The position numbers and the translations under genes were made by a program. Below the pieces are notes generated by a model, which saw only the letters and a program-made list of their open reading frames with translations, was not told the DNA's origin and searched no databases. This document shows positions 1 through 9,964 of a DNA stretch of 51,046 bases, in pieces. Positions within the stretch are counted from its first letter, which is position 1, and each line of letters starts with the position of its first letter. Origin of the DNA: Promethearchaeia archaeon (GTDB lineage Archaea; Asgardarchaeota; Lokiarchaeia; Sigyniarchaeales; SOKP01); assembly GCA_029856105.1 (NCBI GenBank), contig JAHQWH010000035.1, positions 1 to 51,046 of the forward strand, written 5' to 3'.

Positions 1-730
1 CTTTTCGATATTTAGTATGAAATCTTTTATTTAGTCTAGGGGAGGAATATTTAAAAAGAAAAAGAGTAGGCGCGGTTCCAACAGGGAGTTTAAGAGAAGT
101 ACTAATAATCTGTTGCGTTTCAAGGATATGGGCTAAGCTTTCGATGTCAATTACCCCTCCATCGACCCAAATGTTCTCTATGCCAATTTTTTTCAAACCA
201 TCAATAATATTTGTATTTCCCGGTTGGTTGTTTTCGGTAATATAAGAATATCTTTGTGTAGAGGTCATATTACTTGAGGCGAGGATTAAAACCACAGCAG
301 AAGTTATTTTGTTCTTTTGGAGAAGTTCAATTTCTTTCTTATTTTTTAGGTTTGATACGGCGTTATATATAAATTCATTTGGCTTAACCCCATTTTCCGA
401 AAGCCATTCAAGACCCGCAACTCTAGCCCCAAAAGTCCCCCCTAAAACAAAAGGGGGTTCAAATTTATCAAAATAAAACTCTAAATATTTTTCCATGGCT
501 CCAGGTGTAACTGCTGAAATCTCAACCAAATCAGGAATTTTATATTTTTTGGCTAAATCTTTTTGAGTGTTAATTCTTTTAGCAGCTTTTTCTTCGTCAA
601 AATTTTCTTCGTTTTTACGATCAACCAAAGTTTGACTTTGATAAAACATCGTTCCAATCATTATGGGCGGTAAATCATAACCACCATAACCTAATTTGAT
701 ATCACCATATGAAAAATATTCTTGCGGCAT
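1..730 (-). CDS. mtrH: MtrH-like tetrahydromethanopterin/pterin-dependent methyltransferase (3' end runs off the window)
   Basis: Not in the ORF track. Manual translation from ATG at 730 gives MPQEYFSYGDIKLGYGGYDLPPIMIGTMFYQSQTLVDRKNEENFDEEKAAKRINTQKDLA..., matching the MtrH N-terminal pattern P..IGTxFY...V.D....FD...A...I..Q..L. Confidence 0.7.
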   Translation of the reverse strand, partial: MPQEYFSYGDIKLGYGGYDLPPIMIGTMFYQSQTLVDRKNEENFDEEKAAKRINTQKDLAKKYKIPDLVEISAVTPGAMEKYLEFYFDKFEPPFVLGGTFGARVAGLEWLSENGVKPNEFIYNAVSNLKNKKEIELLQKNKITSAVVLILASSNMTSTQRYSYITENNQPGNTNIIDGLKKIGIENIWVDGGVIDIESLAHILETQQIISTSLKLPVGTAPTLFLFKYSSPRLNKRFHTKYRK

Positions 731-835
731 ATTTGGATCATTTTAAAAATTTAATAATAAGATAATATCTTTTATAACACTAACACTATTTAAAATTAAT
801 ATTTATAGAAATATAATTAAGTAAGATAGATTTAA

Positions 836-2029
836 TCAGTAAAGATGTAATTTTACACCACAATTTTTACATCGATTATTTCTTAAATCTTTAAAGCATT
901 TTTCATGGTACAAGGTTTTACAGTTGTCACACCTTAAAATTTCTTGTCCTTCTTCAAATATGAAATTACATACGGGGCACGAGTTAAACATTTCGTCAGA
1001 ATCTAAATCCTTAAAATGCACTTTGTCTGCGTGAGATATTTCTGGTTCTTCAGGAGCAGATTTTTGTTTTATTCGTGGTTTAATCAAAGAAGTTAATTTT
1101 TGAGCCTGAGATACTTCAGTAGGAATTTTTAATAGATAATAACAATGTGGACACCTTACGGTCCCGGCCAGTCTCATTTTTTTATCTTTTTGTGCGTCTG
1201 CCCATGAATTTAAACAATGAATATGAAACGGTGTCTGACAGTTAGGGCAATATCGTCCACTAATGTAAAATGAACTTTTTGTATATGGGTTTGTGTCGGA
1301 AAAACAAATCGAACATTTCTTATAATCTCCTAAACCCCTGATTTGCAATAATCGCTGTTCTTGATCTTTCGTTAAATCTTGAACTCTTAATAAATCAGCA
1401 GCTATTTTCCTTAGAAATGCCGGATTTTCAATCAGCGAACTATCTCCACCACCATAAGTTTTGACGTTAGAACTCGCTAGATCGTGAGCTGATTGCAATA
1501 AAGTTTGAGCATCGTTATTGTAGTAATAATTACCACCAGTTATGTCTGACATTCTTTTTAAAACGTTAAGAGTAGAGAGCTCTCCTAAACGAAAGGAATC
1601 TATTTTAATGGTTAATCCTTGAGCAAGGCGAGCCATTTTCAAAGGATCTATTGACATTTTTGTGTAGTTTCCGTCAGAAATAACAAGGATTCGAGGAATT
1701 TTAGCTGCTATTTTACGTAATTCTGAAATAATAAGTTTTATTGAAAGACCTAAAGCTTCTCCCATTGATGACTTACCTGAAAGTTCTAAAGAATCTAAAG
1801 CGTCAAAGAGTTGACCCTTAATGTTTGTAAAATCAATTATTTTCTTTGGTTTATCAGAAAAAGCAATAATCGCGAAGGCACTCGAAGTATCTTCAGCAAA
1901 CCTTTCGCTGATTAGCTTCTTTATGGCATCAATGCTACATTTCATTCGGTTTGGTTGATAATCTGTTCGATACATAGATCTAGAAGTATCAATACAAATA
2001 ACAATGTTCTCAGGAGTTCGTTCAGACAA
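836..2029 (-). CDS. VWA domain protein with two C-terminal RING-like zinc fingers
   Basis: MIDAS DTSRS, DYQPNR, ISDG and TGG.Y; then CxxC..CxxC..FHxxCL..W..CPxC and CPVC..CDNC..YHEKC..CKNC. Confidence 0.85.
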   Translation of the reverse strand: MSERTPENIVICIDTSRSMYRTDYQPNRMKCSIDAIKKLISERFAEDTSSAFAIIAFSDKPKKIIDFTNIKGQLFDALDSLELSGKSSMGEALGLSIKLIISELRKIAAKIPRILVISDGNYTKMSIDPLKMARLAQGLTIKIDSFRLGELSTLNVLKRMSDITGGNYYYNNDAQTLLQSAHDLASSNVKTYGGGDSSLIENPAFLRKIAADLLRVQDLTKDQEQRLLQIRGLGDYKKCSICFSDTNPYTKSSFYISGRYCPNCQTPFHIHCLNSWADAQKDKKMRLAGTVRCPHCYYLLKIPTEVSQAQKLTSLIKPRIKQKSAPEEPEISHADKVHFKDLDSDEMFNSCPVCNFIFEEGQEILRCDNCKTLYHEKCFKDLRNNRCKNCGVKLHLY

Positions 2030-2221
2030 TGTTTAAATACCCTTACTACTTGTAGATATACCCTTAATTACTTTCTAAACTTTATATGAAACAATAAGAA
2101 TAAATATTTATGTGTTTTATGTGTTTTTCACAAAACTAAAGTTTTATTAATTAGATCTTTTACTATAAAAATATCTTTTACTATTAAAAAGCATAATTGA
2201 TATTAGATTCGTTGACAAAAA

Positions 2222-3430
2222 ATGTCTGAAGAGGAGCCAAGAAAGGTTGTAATTAAAGACTTCTTTAAAAGTTCTATTATTATTAATGAACTAGATGAAG
2301 CATTGAAGTTCAAGCCAAATAGTCTTATTGGGATTGATCAGATTTCTAGCGAAAAATTAATTGAACATAATATAAAAAATATTGAAGCGTTAGCCAAAGT
2401 TCAATTAGAAAATCTTCCCAAAATAGAAGAAATTCCTATAAACATTCTTACAAAATGGGTCAAGATAGCTCAAGTGTTAGAGAAAGCGATTAGAGAAAAG
2501 TTAAAAACTCATAAAAAATTATTAATGATTGGGCTCGATAATGGCGGGAAGACCAGTATTTTGGCAGTGCTTCAGGATAAGTATTCTATAATTAAGTCTT
2601 TGATGCCAACAAGAGGGGTCAAACGCGAAAAATTAGATTTTTTCGGTTATCCAATACTTTCATGGGATTTAGGTGGTCAAGTTCAGTATAGAGAGAAACT
2701 ATACTTTAATAAACCTGAGTTATTTTTTACTGAAGCTGATTTAATTTTGTACGTTGTCGACACCCAAGAGACTGAACGATTTACAGAATCAGCTAATTAC
2801 TTCCGTCAAGTATTGAAAGCTTTAAAACAATTAAATGAGTTTCCCCCCATTTTAATTGTACTTTCAAAAAGCGATCAGGATGTTCGCACCTCGCTCGAAT
2901 GGCAGAATAATGTATCTACTATAAAATCTAAATTTAATCACATTGTTGGGGAATTTGAGAAATTCTCTGTTAGCTATTCAGATACAACAATATATCAGAA
3001 AGAAACGATAATGCAGATGTTTAGTGAGGCGTTAAAAAAGGTCTCTGAAACATCTGAAATTATCGAAAACATCCTCGAAGATTTCGCCCAGATAATTGAA
3101 GGCAAAGCTGCAACTTTGATTTCCATGGATGGATTAATTTTTGGAAACTTCACAGACTCAGAGATTGACAAAGCATTGTTAAATAATACCGCTTTAATTA
3201 TGCAAACTCTCTCAAACTTCCACAATTCAGTAGGATTAATTAGAGAGCCTTCGATGACGCTTAATTTTCCACTAAATGGGTTTACTATTCGAGGAGAAAA
3301 ACTATTTGAATATTCAGAATTGAACATCCCCGTTTATTTATGGATTTTATCTGAAAATGTCGAGCTTCTTTACGAAAAAATCGATTACTTCAAGCAACAA
3401 CTCTTACCCTTAATTAACTTATTCCTTTAA
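2222..3430 (+). CDS. Rag/Gtr-like small GTPase with N-terminal HhH-like domain and C-terminal roadblock-like domain
   Basis: G1 GLDNGGKTS, G2 PT, G3 WDLGGQ, G4 SKSD, G5 TTIY. The C-terminus has LEDFAQIIE..A.LISMDGL (roadblock pattern). The N-terminus LIGIDQISSEKL..HNI.NIEALA resembles a HhH_5/RadA-N fold. Confidence 0.8.
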   Translation: MSEEEPRKVVIKDFFKSSIIINELDEALKFKPNSLIGIDQISSEKLIEHNIKNIEALAKVQLENLPKIEEIPINILTKWVKIAQVLEKAIREKLKTHKKLLMIGLDNGGKTSILAVLQDKYSIIKSLMPTRGVKREKLDFFGYPILSWDLGGQVQYREKLYFNKPELFFTEADLILYVVDTQETERFTESANYFRQVLKALKQLNEFPPILIVLSKSDQDVRTSLEWQNNVSTIKSKFNHIVGEFEKFSVSYSDTTIYQKETIMQMFSEALKKVSETSEIIENILEDFAQIIEGKAATLISMDGLIFGNFTDSEIDKALLNNTALIMQTLSNFHNSVGLIREPSMTLNFPLNGFTIRGEKLFEYSELNIPVYLWILSENVELLYEKIDYFKQQLLPLINLFL

Positions 3431-3502
3431 TTATTTTTCTTTTTAATTCTAACGATTAAATAACGAATTCCTTAAGTTTGAAAAATAAAAAAAGTTAGAA
3501 AA

Positions 3503-3721
3503 TTAAAATTCTTTTAAAGAAGTAGCTTCTTTTGCCGAAAGTAAGTATTCGGTGCATTTGTCCATCATTTCAATCGCGTTGTTTAAATTTTCAACAACTG
3601 AAGTTAGATTTTTTTCCTTTGCGATGTCTCTCCATTTTACAAAACTTTCTTTATGAGATTCGTTGTGATTTGCCCAATGCTCGCATAATTTTGAAAGCTT
3701 TAATAATTGTTTATCAACCAT
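3503..3721 (-). CDS. Small helical His-motif protein (EHWANHNESH), possibly metal-binding
   Basis: ATG at 3721 (the track extends it to 3742). Helical protein with an HWxxHNxxH motif, directly downstream of cdhA. Confidence 0.7.
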   Translation of the reverse strand: MVDKQLLKLSKLCEHWANHNESHKESFVKWRDIAKEKNLTSVVENLNNAIEMMDKCTEYLLSAKEATSLKEF

Positions 3722-3860
3722 ATTTTTTAAGCCTGAAATCAATCAATTAGATTCAATTTATAATTTAATTAATCAATAAAAATTAATATGCAATTTTAAA
3801 TTCTGTGTTCTAAATTTTTAATAAATTAAAAAAAAGAGATAAAAAAAAATAAAAATTAAA

Positions 3861-6212
3861 TTACTCTCTACATAATCGCTTTAGTAAGGTAGGATCAACA
3901 ATCTCTCTTGGTTGCCAACCTTTCTCCTTAAGAAATTCCTGAATTTCTGTTTTCATACTGATTGGAATGTCCGTTTCTACTCGAATAAATCTTTCTAAAT
4001 CGTTTGGAAATTGTACGCCCTTATATTTTCGTTCAAGGTCAATCCAATGAGATAGTTTAATCATCCTTCCTTTTGAGTTGTCCGCAGGTCTTAAAGCTAA
4101 TTTTGCAACCAAGCAAATTGCTTGCTCTATGGTTTCTGCGGGTGTGAGCAAATGTTCTGGTCCTGGTCCAATCAAATGGTCGCCAGTACCGTCTCTTGCG
4201 TTATAGACTTTCCAAGTATCTTCGTCGTCAGATCGTCCTATATACATACGACGATATTCCGCTGCGTGAGGTCCAACAATTGCTGGAATTCCAATCCCAT
4301 TAGCACTACTTGCAATACTTGCGGCTTTCTGACTCATTGCACCCCAAGCTACTCCGACAGCTCCAACTCTATTTAAGACGTAATCAGCAATTTCTTCAAA
4401 GTTGCCTCTAATTGGACGACGTGCGAAAATACTAGCTACTTTAACTGCCGCTCCTGTTATGTGAGGGTTCGAAACGCAACTTCCTACATTTACTAGACCG
4501 CCACGATCGAAATCGCCTGGGAATCTGTCATATAAAGTTTGTCCTTCTTCGTCTTTAACGAGCCCTATATCCATCGCAGCACAACCAGAAACAACTACGA
4601 TATAACCTCTCACACAGAATTCTTCAGCAAGTAGATACAATTCCTGAATTTCTTTACCGTAATTTGCACAACCAATAATAGCAACGATTCCTGGAATTTC
4701 ACCAAGCACTATTGGAGCACCAACATTACGGATTTCAGTATCTTGAATTGGTCCTCGCCCTGCTCTCATGTTATATTTCTCATTTCTAATTTTATCTCGT
4801 CCAGCATACATTATTAGAGTGAGAGGTGACACATTTTTCATACAGTCAGCCTCACATCGACCACAATCCAAGCATGAGTCATAACATTGCTCTGCTAATA
4901 CAGAAAAGTCTCCTTCTTTGGCTAATCTTACACCTTCTACTAAGGGTAAATCGTTGGGACAGTTTCGTTGACAATTTCCGCACCCGTTGCAATTCATCGC
5001 CATAGTTATACAACCGTCTTCGTCTGGAACCGCACTTCTACCTTTTCTTATAGGCCTTACTTTAACCGCAACTTCAGCAATAACTTTTCCTGCTTTTATT
5101 GGGTCTAAAATTAATACGCCAGGGGCTTTACCACTAACTAAATCGTCAATAATTTCTTCTGCGGGATCATCAGTTCTGTCCGGTAAACCTGCCATTATCT
5201 TTTCATTCGTGGCAATAAAGGGAGCACCAACAAGTTTTGCTTGCTCAAAAGCGCGAAGATGTACGCACTGTTCATCTACAACTACAACATCGGCTAAGCC
5301 CGAACGGATGTAAAACATCTGGCGGGAAAGCGAACCAACGATTTTTGCACCGCTGTAATACCTTGTTAAATCGATCGCTGTGCAACAAATTGCTCCTACA
5401 TCCACTTTATCTTGTAAACCTTTTTCTCTTAAATAATCGACTAATTCAATCCCTGGAGCTACATTGTGCCCAATCAACAAGATAGTTGCCTTGTTTTCGA
5501 AATCCATTGTACCCATGCCTAGTTCGACGATTGGGACATCAGGATCTCCGCAAGGAAATCCATAAGCAGCAATTTGAACGGCATCGCTTATTTCCATTCC
5601 TACATTGTCGCAAAGACCAGCTAGAAAAGATTTTGATTCGTAGTCTAAGTAAGAAGCTTCTTGGCCTGTGTGCCCCGATGCTAGAAGATGTGTAATATTA
5701 AATTGAACCCATTTCATAGCCTCTTCTAAGTCTTCTAAAGTTTCTGGCTTCATTCCAACGATTAATCGGGTCATAGGCATTTCAAGTGCGATATTGTTCC
5801 CGAAATCTATTGGAACGTTACCAAACTTTTCTTTTAGCCAATGAAGTAGATGGTCTCCGTGTGCAGAATGGCAACTAGCGCCTATGCAGCAAGCAATTTC
5901 TACAATCTTTGCACATGCTCCTTCCATATTAATTCCACAAGCCCCAGTTCGGCCCTTGGAAAGATTACACTTACCGAATGTGCATAAGCAACACATATCA
6001 CAAATCGGCATGTAAAAAGGCTTATACCTTTCCATGAGTTTAAAGAACCAGCTTCTAAGCGTGGGAATGTGAGGCTTCATGTGAGGGCCTTCTGGTTCCC
6101 ACTCCGTCTCATCACCGTAAGATACTCTACCCGTAGTCAATTCAAATCCTTTTATTTGCCCGAGTGGACCCGAGTAGCTATCAATCTTTAATTTTGCGCC
6201 TTTCCTACTCAT
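3861..6212 (-). CDS. cdhA: CO dehydrogenase/acetyl-CoA synthase complex alpha subunit (archaeal CODH)
   Basis: PICDMCCLCTFGKC, HSAHGDH, GHNV, ICCTA, two extra 4Fe-4S motifs (CNGCGNCQRNCP and CLDCGRCEADC), SGCAA, GSCVSN and GAMSQKA. ATG at 6212 (the track starts at 6221). Confidence 0.96.
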   Translation of the reverse strand: MSRKGAKLKIDSYSGPLGQIKGFELTTGRVSYGDETEWEPEGPHMKPHIPTLRSWFFKLMERYKPFYMPICDMCCLCTFGKCNLSKGRTGACGINMEGACAKIVEIACCIGASCHSAHGDHLLHWLKEKFGNVPIDFGNNIALEMPMTRLIVGMKPETLEDLEEAMKWVQFNITHLLASGHTGQEASYLDYESKSFLAGLCDNVGMEISDAVQIAAYGFPCGDPDVPIVELGMGTMDFENKATILLIGHNVAPGIELVDYLREKGLQDKVDVGAICCTAIDLTRYYSGAKIVGSLSRQMFYIRSGLADVVVVDEQCVHLRAFEQAKLVGAPFIATNEKIMAGLPDRTDDPAEEIIDDLVSGKAPGVLILDPIKAGKVIAEVAVKVRPIRKGRSAVPDEDGCITMAMNCNGCGNCQRNCPNDLPLVEGVRLAKEGDFSVLAEQCYDSCLDCGRCEADCMKNVSPLTLIMYAGRDKIRNEKYNMRAGRGPIQDTEIRNVGAPIVLGEIPGIVAIIGCANYGKEIQELYLLAEEFCVRGYIVVVSGCAAMDIGLVKDEEGQTLYDRFPGDFDRGGLVNVGSCVSNPHITGAAVKVASIFARRPIRGNFEEIADYVLNRVGAVGVAWGAMSQKAASIASSANGIGIPAIVGPHAAEYRRMYIGRSDDEDTWKVYNARDGTGDHLIGPGPEHLLTPAETIEQAICLVAKLALRPADNSKGRMIKLSHWIDLERKYKGVQFPNDLERFIRVETDIPISMKTEIQEFLKEKGWQPREIVDPTLLKRLCRE

Positions 6213-6461
6213 ATTTTTCACTTATTTATGCAATATTTTTTTTTGAATAATTATTTATTCTAATGATAAATAAAATTATATTTGGTATTATTTTAAAATT
6301 TATATTTTCTATTGAGAGAATAATTTAGTGAATTTAAAGGTATTTAGAAGATTGTAAAATAGAAATTGGTTAATTGATTTCAAAAAATTAGTGTGAAATT
6401 CCATTTAGTGAGATAATTCACTTCAATTAAGTAAAGTAATTGAGTTTGAAAAGTTATTTTA

Positions 6462-7058
6462 TTACAATGAGGCTAAAAATTCTGATACTGTCTCATCAGA
6501 AAGATCTGCATCTACTAAGCGGGCCTCTATTTCTTCTGTGAGTAAATCGAATCTAAAAGAACATTTTTTTCCCCCAGTCAGAACACATTCTACCTCTTTG
6601 CCATCAACATCGATACCTAACTCTTCAAGAATGCCGCTGAATATTCCGAGATAAAGTAGACACAAATTTTTCGCCATAATATTATCTTTTTCTTGAACGG
6701 CTAAAGATTCGTACGCGTTTATAATAATATAATCTTTTTTAAACATACCAGCTAACCCACCATATCCCATGAGCATCAATGCTTCAAGAGTGCCAAAAAC
6801 TACTTCTTTTTTAGTAGCCATTATTTCTTTGGTCCAATCTTTATGATAGAAGAACTTTTCCATAAATAATTTACCTAAAGACTTTCCGGTCCAAATTAGG
6901 ATGTCGTCCGCATTTGTTCCGGCAAATTCACAGAATTCCATGATTTCGTTTGGACGTAGCATTACTAAACGCATGTCTTTATTTTTTTCGCCTAAAAATA
7001 ACTGTCCGTCTTTTTCTTCAACATTAATTTCGAGCTCTTTTTTTAGTCGCTTGAACAT
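6462..7058 (-). CDS. V4R domain protein (Bet3/TRAPP-related fold)
   Basis: RLVMLR start, G..LG helix, MGYG, C....G.F.G.L and the EVECVLTGGKKCSF V4R signature. Confidence 0.85.
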   Translation of the reverse strand: MFKRLKKELEINVEEKDGQLFLGEKNKDMRLVMLRPNEIMEFCEFAGTNADDILIWTGKSLGKLFMEKFFYHKDWTKEIMATKKEVVFGTLEALMLMGYGGLAGMFKKDYIIINAYESLAVQEKDNIMAKNLCLLYLGIFSGILEELGIDVDGKEVECVLTGGKKCSFRFDLLTEEIEARLVDADLSDETVSEFLASL

Positions 7059-7088
7059 AATTTTACCTACTCGATATAATCAATAGTT

Positions 7089-7109
7089 TATTGTAATAAA
7101 ATTACAATA
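7089..7109. promoter_or_regulatory. Perfect 9-bp inverted repeat, putative operator upstream of the V4R gene
   Basis: TATTGTAAT-AAA-ATTACAATA lies between a TATA-like AT tract (about 7113-7120) and the V4R start. Confidence 0.45.
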
Positions 7110-7180
7110 TCTTATATATTTAATATAATAGAAATTTATTTGGTTAAGTTATAAATTTAATGATGATACAATTAGATTAA

Positions 7181-8218
7181 TTAAGGTGAAATTAAGGTGA
7201 AAATTGAATTTATTAATTTTTCAATATTATAATTTGTTTTAACAGAAGTAAATAAAAATTCCCACTTTCTATTAGCAAATTTATCAAACTCAAAAAATTC
7301 AATAATTTCTTTCTTTGTCCTCTCAAGCGGTTCTTTCTTTTCTTGATTCAGGTTATTAATTAAATCGACTTTATTGCCTAAAATCAAGAGTGGGATGTCT
7401 TTTATTCCATTTCGCGTTATAATGTTCCAAAATTCTTTTTTAGACTCCTCAAATCGCAATTGATTTGCTATATCTATCATGTAAACGATGATATTTGAGT
7501 CTTGTAGGCCAATTAGCCATCTTTTTCTGAATAAAGATTGTCCAGGCATATCCCACCAAGACATCGAACCTTGCTTTTTTTGAAGGTATTCTATATTGAA
7601 CTTTCTTGTTGGAGTAAAAAAATTATCGTTAAATTGACCGGTTTTTAATCTCCTTGTTAAGGAAGTTTTTCCGACTTCGTCAATTCCAAATAGGAATACT
7701 TTTGTAAATAATCCTGCCGGTCGGAAGGAAGTTTCTGTAACTTTTTCAAGAATTTCATCTCCGTATCTTTTTATATCGATGAATAGTGTTATCAAAAAAT
7801 TCTCAATTTCCATATCATCTTCGAAAGAGCAACTTTTCTCCGTATTTAATAACTCATTTGACAAATCTTCAAAAATTTCTTTGTAATCAAAAGGGTTATC
7901 TTCTTTTTCAAACATTAATCCAATTAGCATTTCTGAATTAATACAAATAGTATATATGTTCTGGTCGCCAATAATTTGCGGAACAGGGCTGCCAATTTCA
8001 AACGGTTTAGAACTTTTGTTTATACCATTAGAGTCATCTAATTTTTTAATGCTTTCACTACAAGGTTCTACTAGAGAGCCGTGATCGTGACCATAGATGA
8101 TTTTTGAAACGATATCTTTGTTATCTTTTTTCACGATATCTTCTGGATAGCTAAAAATATCGAAACGATTTAGATCATGGGAATTTTTACGTTTTAACAA
8201 AAATATTTTAGATAGCAA
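7181..8218 (-). CDS. Arf/Rab-like small GTPase with N-terminal longin/uDENN-like domain
   Basis: GIDEVGKTS, FTPT, WDMPGQ, NKVD and TSVK. The N-terminal ~165 aa have a beta-beta-alpha-beta-beta-beta-alpha pattern (domain call inferred). Confidence 0.8.
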   Translation of the reverse strand: MLSKIFLLKRKNSHDLNRFDIFSYPEDIVKKDNKDIVSKIIYGHDHGSLVEPCSESIKKLDDSNGINKSSKPFEIGSPVPQIIGDQNIYTICINSEMLIGLMFEKEDNPFDYKEIFEDLSNELLNTEKSCSFEDDMEIENFLITLFIDIKRYGDEILEKVTETSFRPAGLFTKVFLFGIDEVGKTSLTRRLKTGQFNDNFFTPTRKFNIEYLQKKQGSMSWWDMPGQSLFRKRWLIGLQDSNIIVYMIDIANQLRFEESKKEFWNIITRNGIKDIPLLILGNKVDLINNLNQEKKEPLERTKKEIIEFFEFDKFANRKWEFLFTSVKTNYNIEKLINSIFTLISP

Positions 8219-8392
8219 AAAATCTTCCTAATCATTTATTTAAGGATTAAATTAATTATGTTAATAAAAAATGCTTAAAAAAAGTTTGGAATTAAGCGGA
8301 TATCCTTTCTTATAAACTTTATCCTTTTAAGCCCTTAATAAATAGACAGAAAAAAGTATTTTATAATAATTTATATTATTTTAAGGAAATAT

Positions 8393-9829
8393 TTATAGAT
8401 CGGGATCATCTTCCTTAGTCTCTGGTTCTTGGTTTTTATCTTCGGTTTGATTTTCATCCGATGGTCCCTCTAGTTCCTCTAGTTCCTCTGGTTCCTCTAG
8501 TTCCTCTAGTTCCTCTTTAACTTGTTCAGAAGGTTTTTCTCCAACAGGAGTATCGCAAACAGGACATTTCGCCCAACCAGGTCTCAAACTATATCCACAG
8601 TTAGAACATTCTGTCATGTCTTGGTCGGGTTGCCATTCAGGTATATTCAATCCTCCGCTTCGTCTTTTTTCGGCTAACTCTACCAACTCATCTTCTTTCC
8701 AAACTTCCATACCTTCAGGAATTCCGGATCCACGACTATCAGCAAATTTAGTTAATTCTTCTTCTGACCAGGAAGGGATATTTGGTTGCGTCGCTAACCT
8801 TTTTTGAGCTTCATTAGCGAGGTCTTCTGCCGTCCAAACTTTTAATTCTTGTCCTCCAGGGGTTCTAACCGGCCCTTCTGTTTGTCCAGGGGTAGAACCC
8901 GCTTGAGGCGTAGCTTCTTGGCTTGGTGAAGGCACTTGACAACTTGCAGCGGAAAATTTTAACAAAGCTTCGAAACAATTACCAAATCGACTATCTCCCT
9001 GACCTTCTTCAGTAGTAATAATTAAACTTCTCTTATCGGAGGGTAAAGGAACAGCAATGCTGCATACTGCGATATCTGACTTACTTCTTTCTGATTCTAA
9101 AGCAGTAGTAATTTTTCCCATGGAAGCAAGCAATTCATCATCTTTCATTAAGAAATCGCATATTGGATCTCCATGTCTTTGGTATCCTTCGTGATACTTA
9201 ACTAATTGGCTTTTAGTTATTGCGGAATCTAATGAATTAATTATAGCGTTGACATAAGAAAACACTTGAGACTTAGGCTTATCTTGAGATTCTTCTAATT
9301 TATATCCTCCTAAATCAAGATTTCCCATAAAAGGGGCAAAGAGCGGTTCACTAGAAGGATCTTTCATCTTTCCAAAGATAGTTGTTCTACCAATGAAACA
9401 ATTAATTTCTCCATAGTAGGCAATTGCGTTATCTAAGAAGTGAATTTTGTCATCGAATGTAATCCGTGGAATAGTTCGAAAAACAACATCGCCCCATGGC
9501 AATTCTTTTACTGGAATGATTGCAACACAGGTTTTAATAATTAATTCTGATAGTTTTTTAAGGTAATCCTTTAAATTCTTCTTAATATCTTTGTACTTAT
9601 CTTTCTCTAGTTCTAGTTCAGCTTGTTTCATTAATTCCTTGAACTTTTCCTCATTTTTTTTAACAGAACCTCCAAATGAAATGATATCTCCTACGATGTT
9701 TTCTTTTAGAATGAAACTTGCATCGTCAACGATTTTTTTTTGAAGTTCTGTAAGTTCTTCGACTAAATATTCGCTCACATCGAAGTTAAGGCTATTTACA
9801 AAGATTTCAAACAATTTTATTTCAGACAA
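8393..9829 (-). CDS. Hypothetical protein with Trp-containing repeats, zinc ribbon and acidic tail
   Basis: 478-aa ORF. Repeats VWTAEDL/SWSEEEL/VWKEDEL/EWQPD; CSNC..CPVC zinc ribbon; EEL tail. Confidence 0.8.
   Translation of the reverse strand: MSEIKLFEIFVNSLNFDVSEYLVEELTELQKKIVDDASFILKENIVGDIISFGGSVKKNEEKFKELMKQAELELEKDKYKDIKKNLKDYLKKLSELIIKTCVAIIPVKELPWGDVVFRTIPRITFDDKIHFLDNAIAYYGEINCFIGRTTIFGKMKDPSSEPLFAPFMGNLDLGGYKLEESQDKPKSQVFSYVNAIINSLDSAITKSQLVKYHEGYQRHGDPICDFLMKDDELLASMGKITTALESERSKSDIAVCSIAVPLPSDKRSLIITTEEGQGDSRFGNCFEALLKFSAASCQVPSPSQEATPQAGSTPGQTEGPVRTPGGQELKVWTAEDLANEAQKRLATQPNIPSWSEEELTKFADSRGSGIPEGMEVWKEDELVELAEKRRSGGLNIPEWQPDQDMTECSNCGYSLRPGWAKCPVCDTPVGEKPSEQVKEELEELEEPEELEELEGPSDENQTEDKNQEPETKEDDPDL
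8467..8516. repeat. 9-bp coding tandem repeat (CCTCTAGTT x5.5, encoding EEL/EEP)
   Basis: Read directly; one unit is the variant CCTCTGGTT. Confidence 0.95.
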
Positions 9830-9964
9830 TTTCTAAACCTACCTATTTTGATAAAATTCTTCTATAAATATATCAACGAAATGAATATAAAAATTTATTT
9901 AAAACATAGTCATTTCACTAGTAGTTATTACAAATCATTAATTTAAGATTAATGTGAAGATTAA

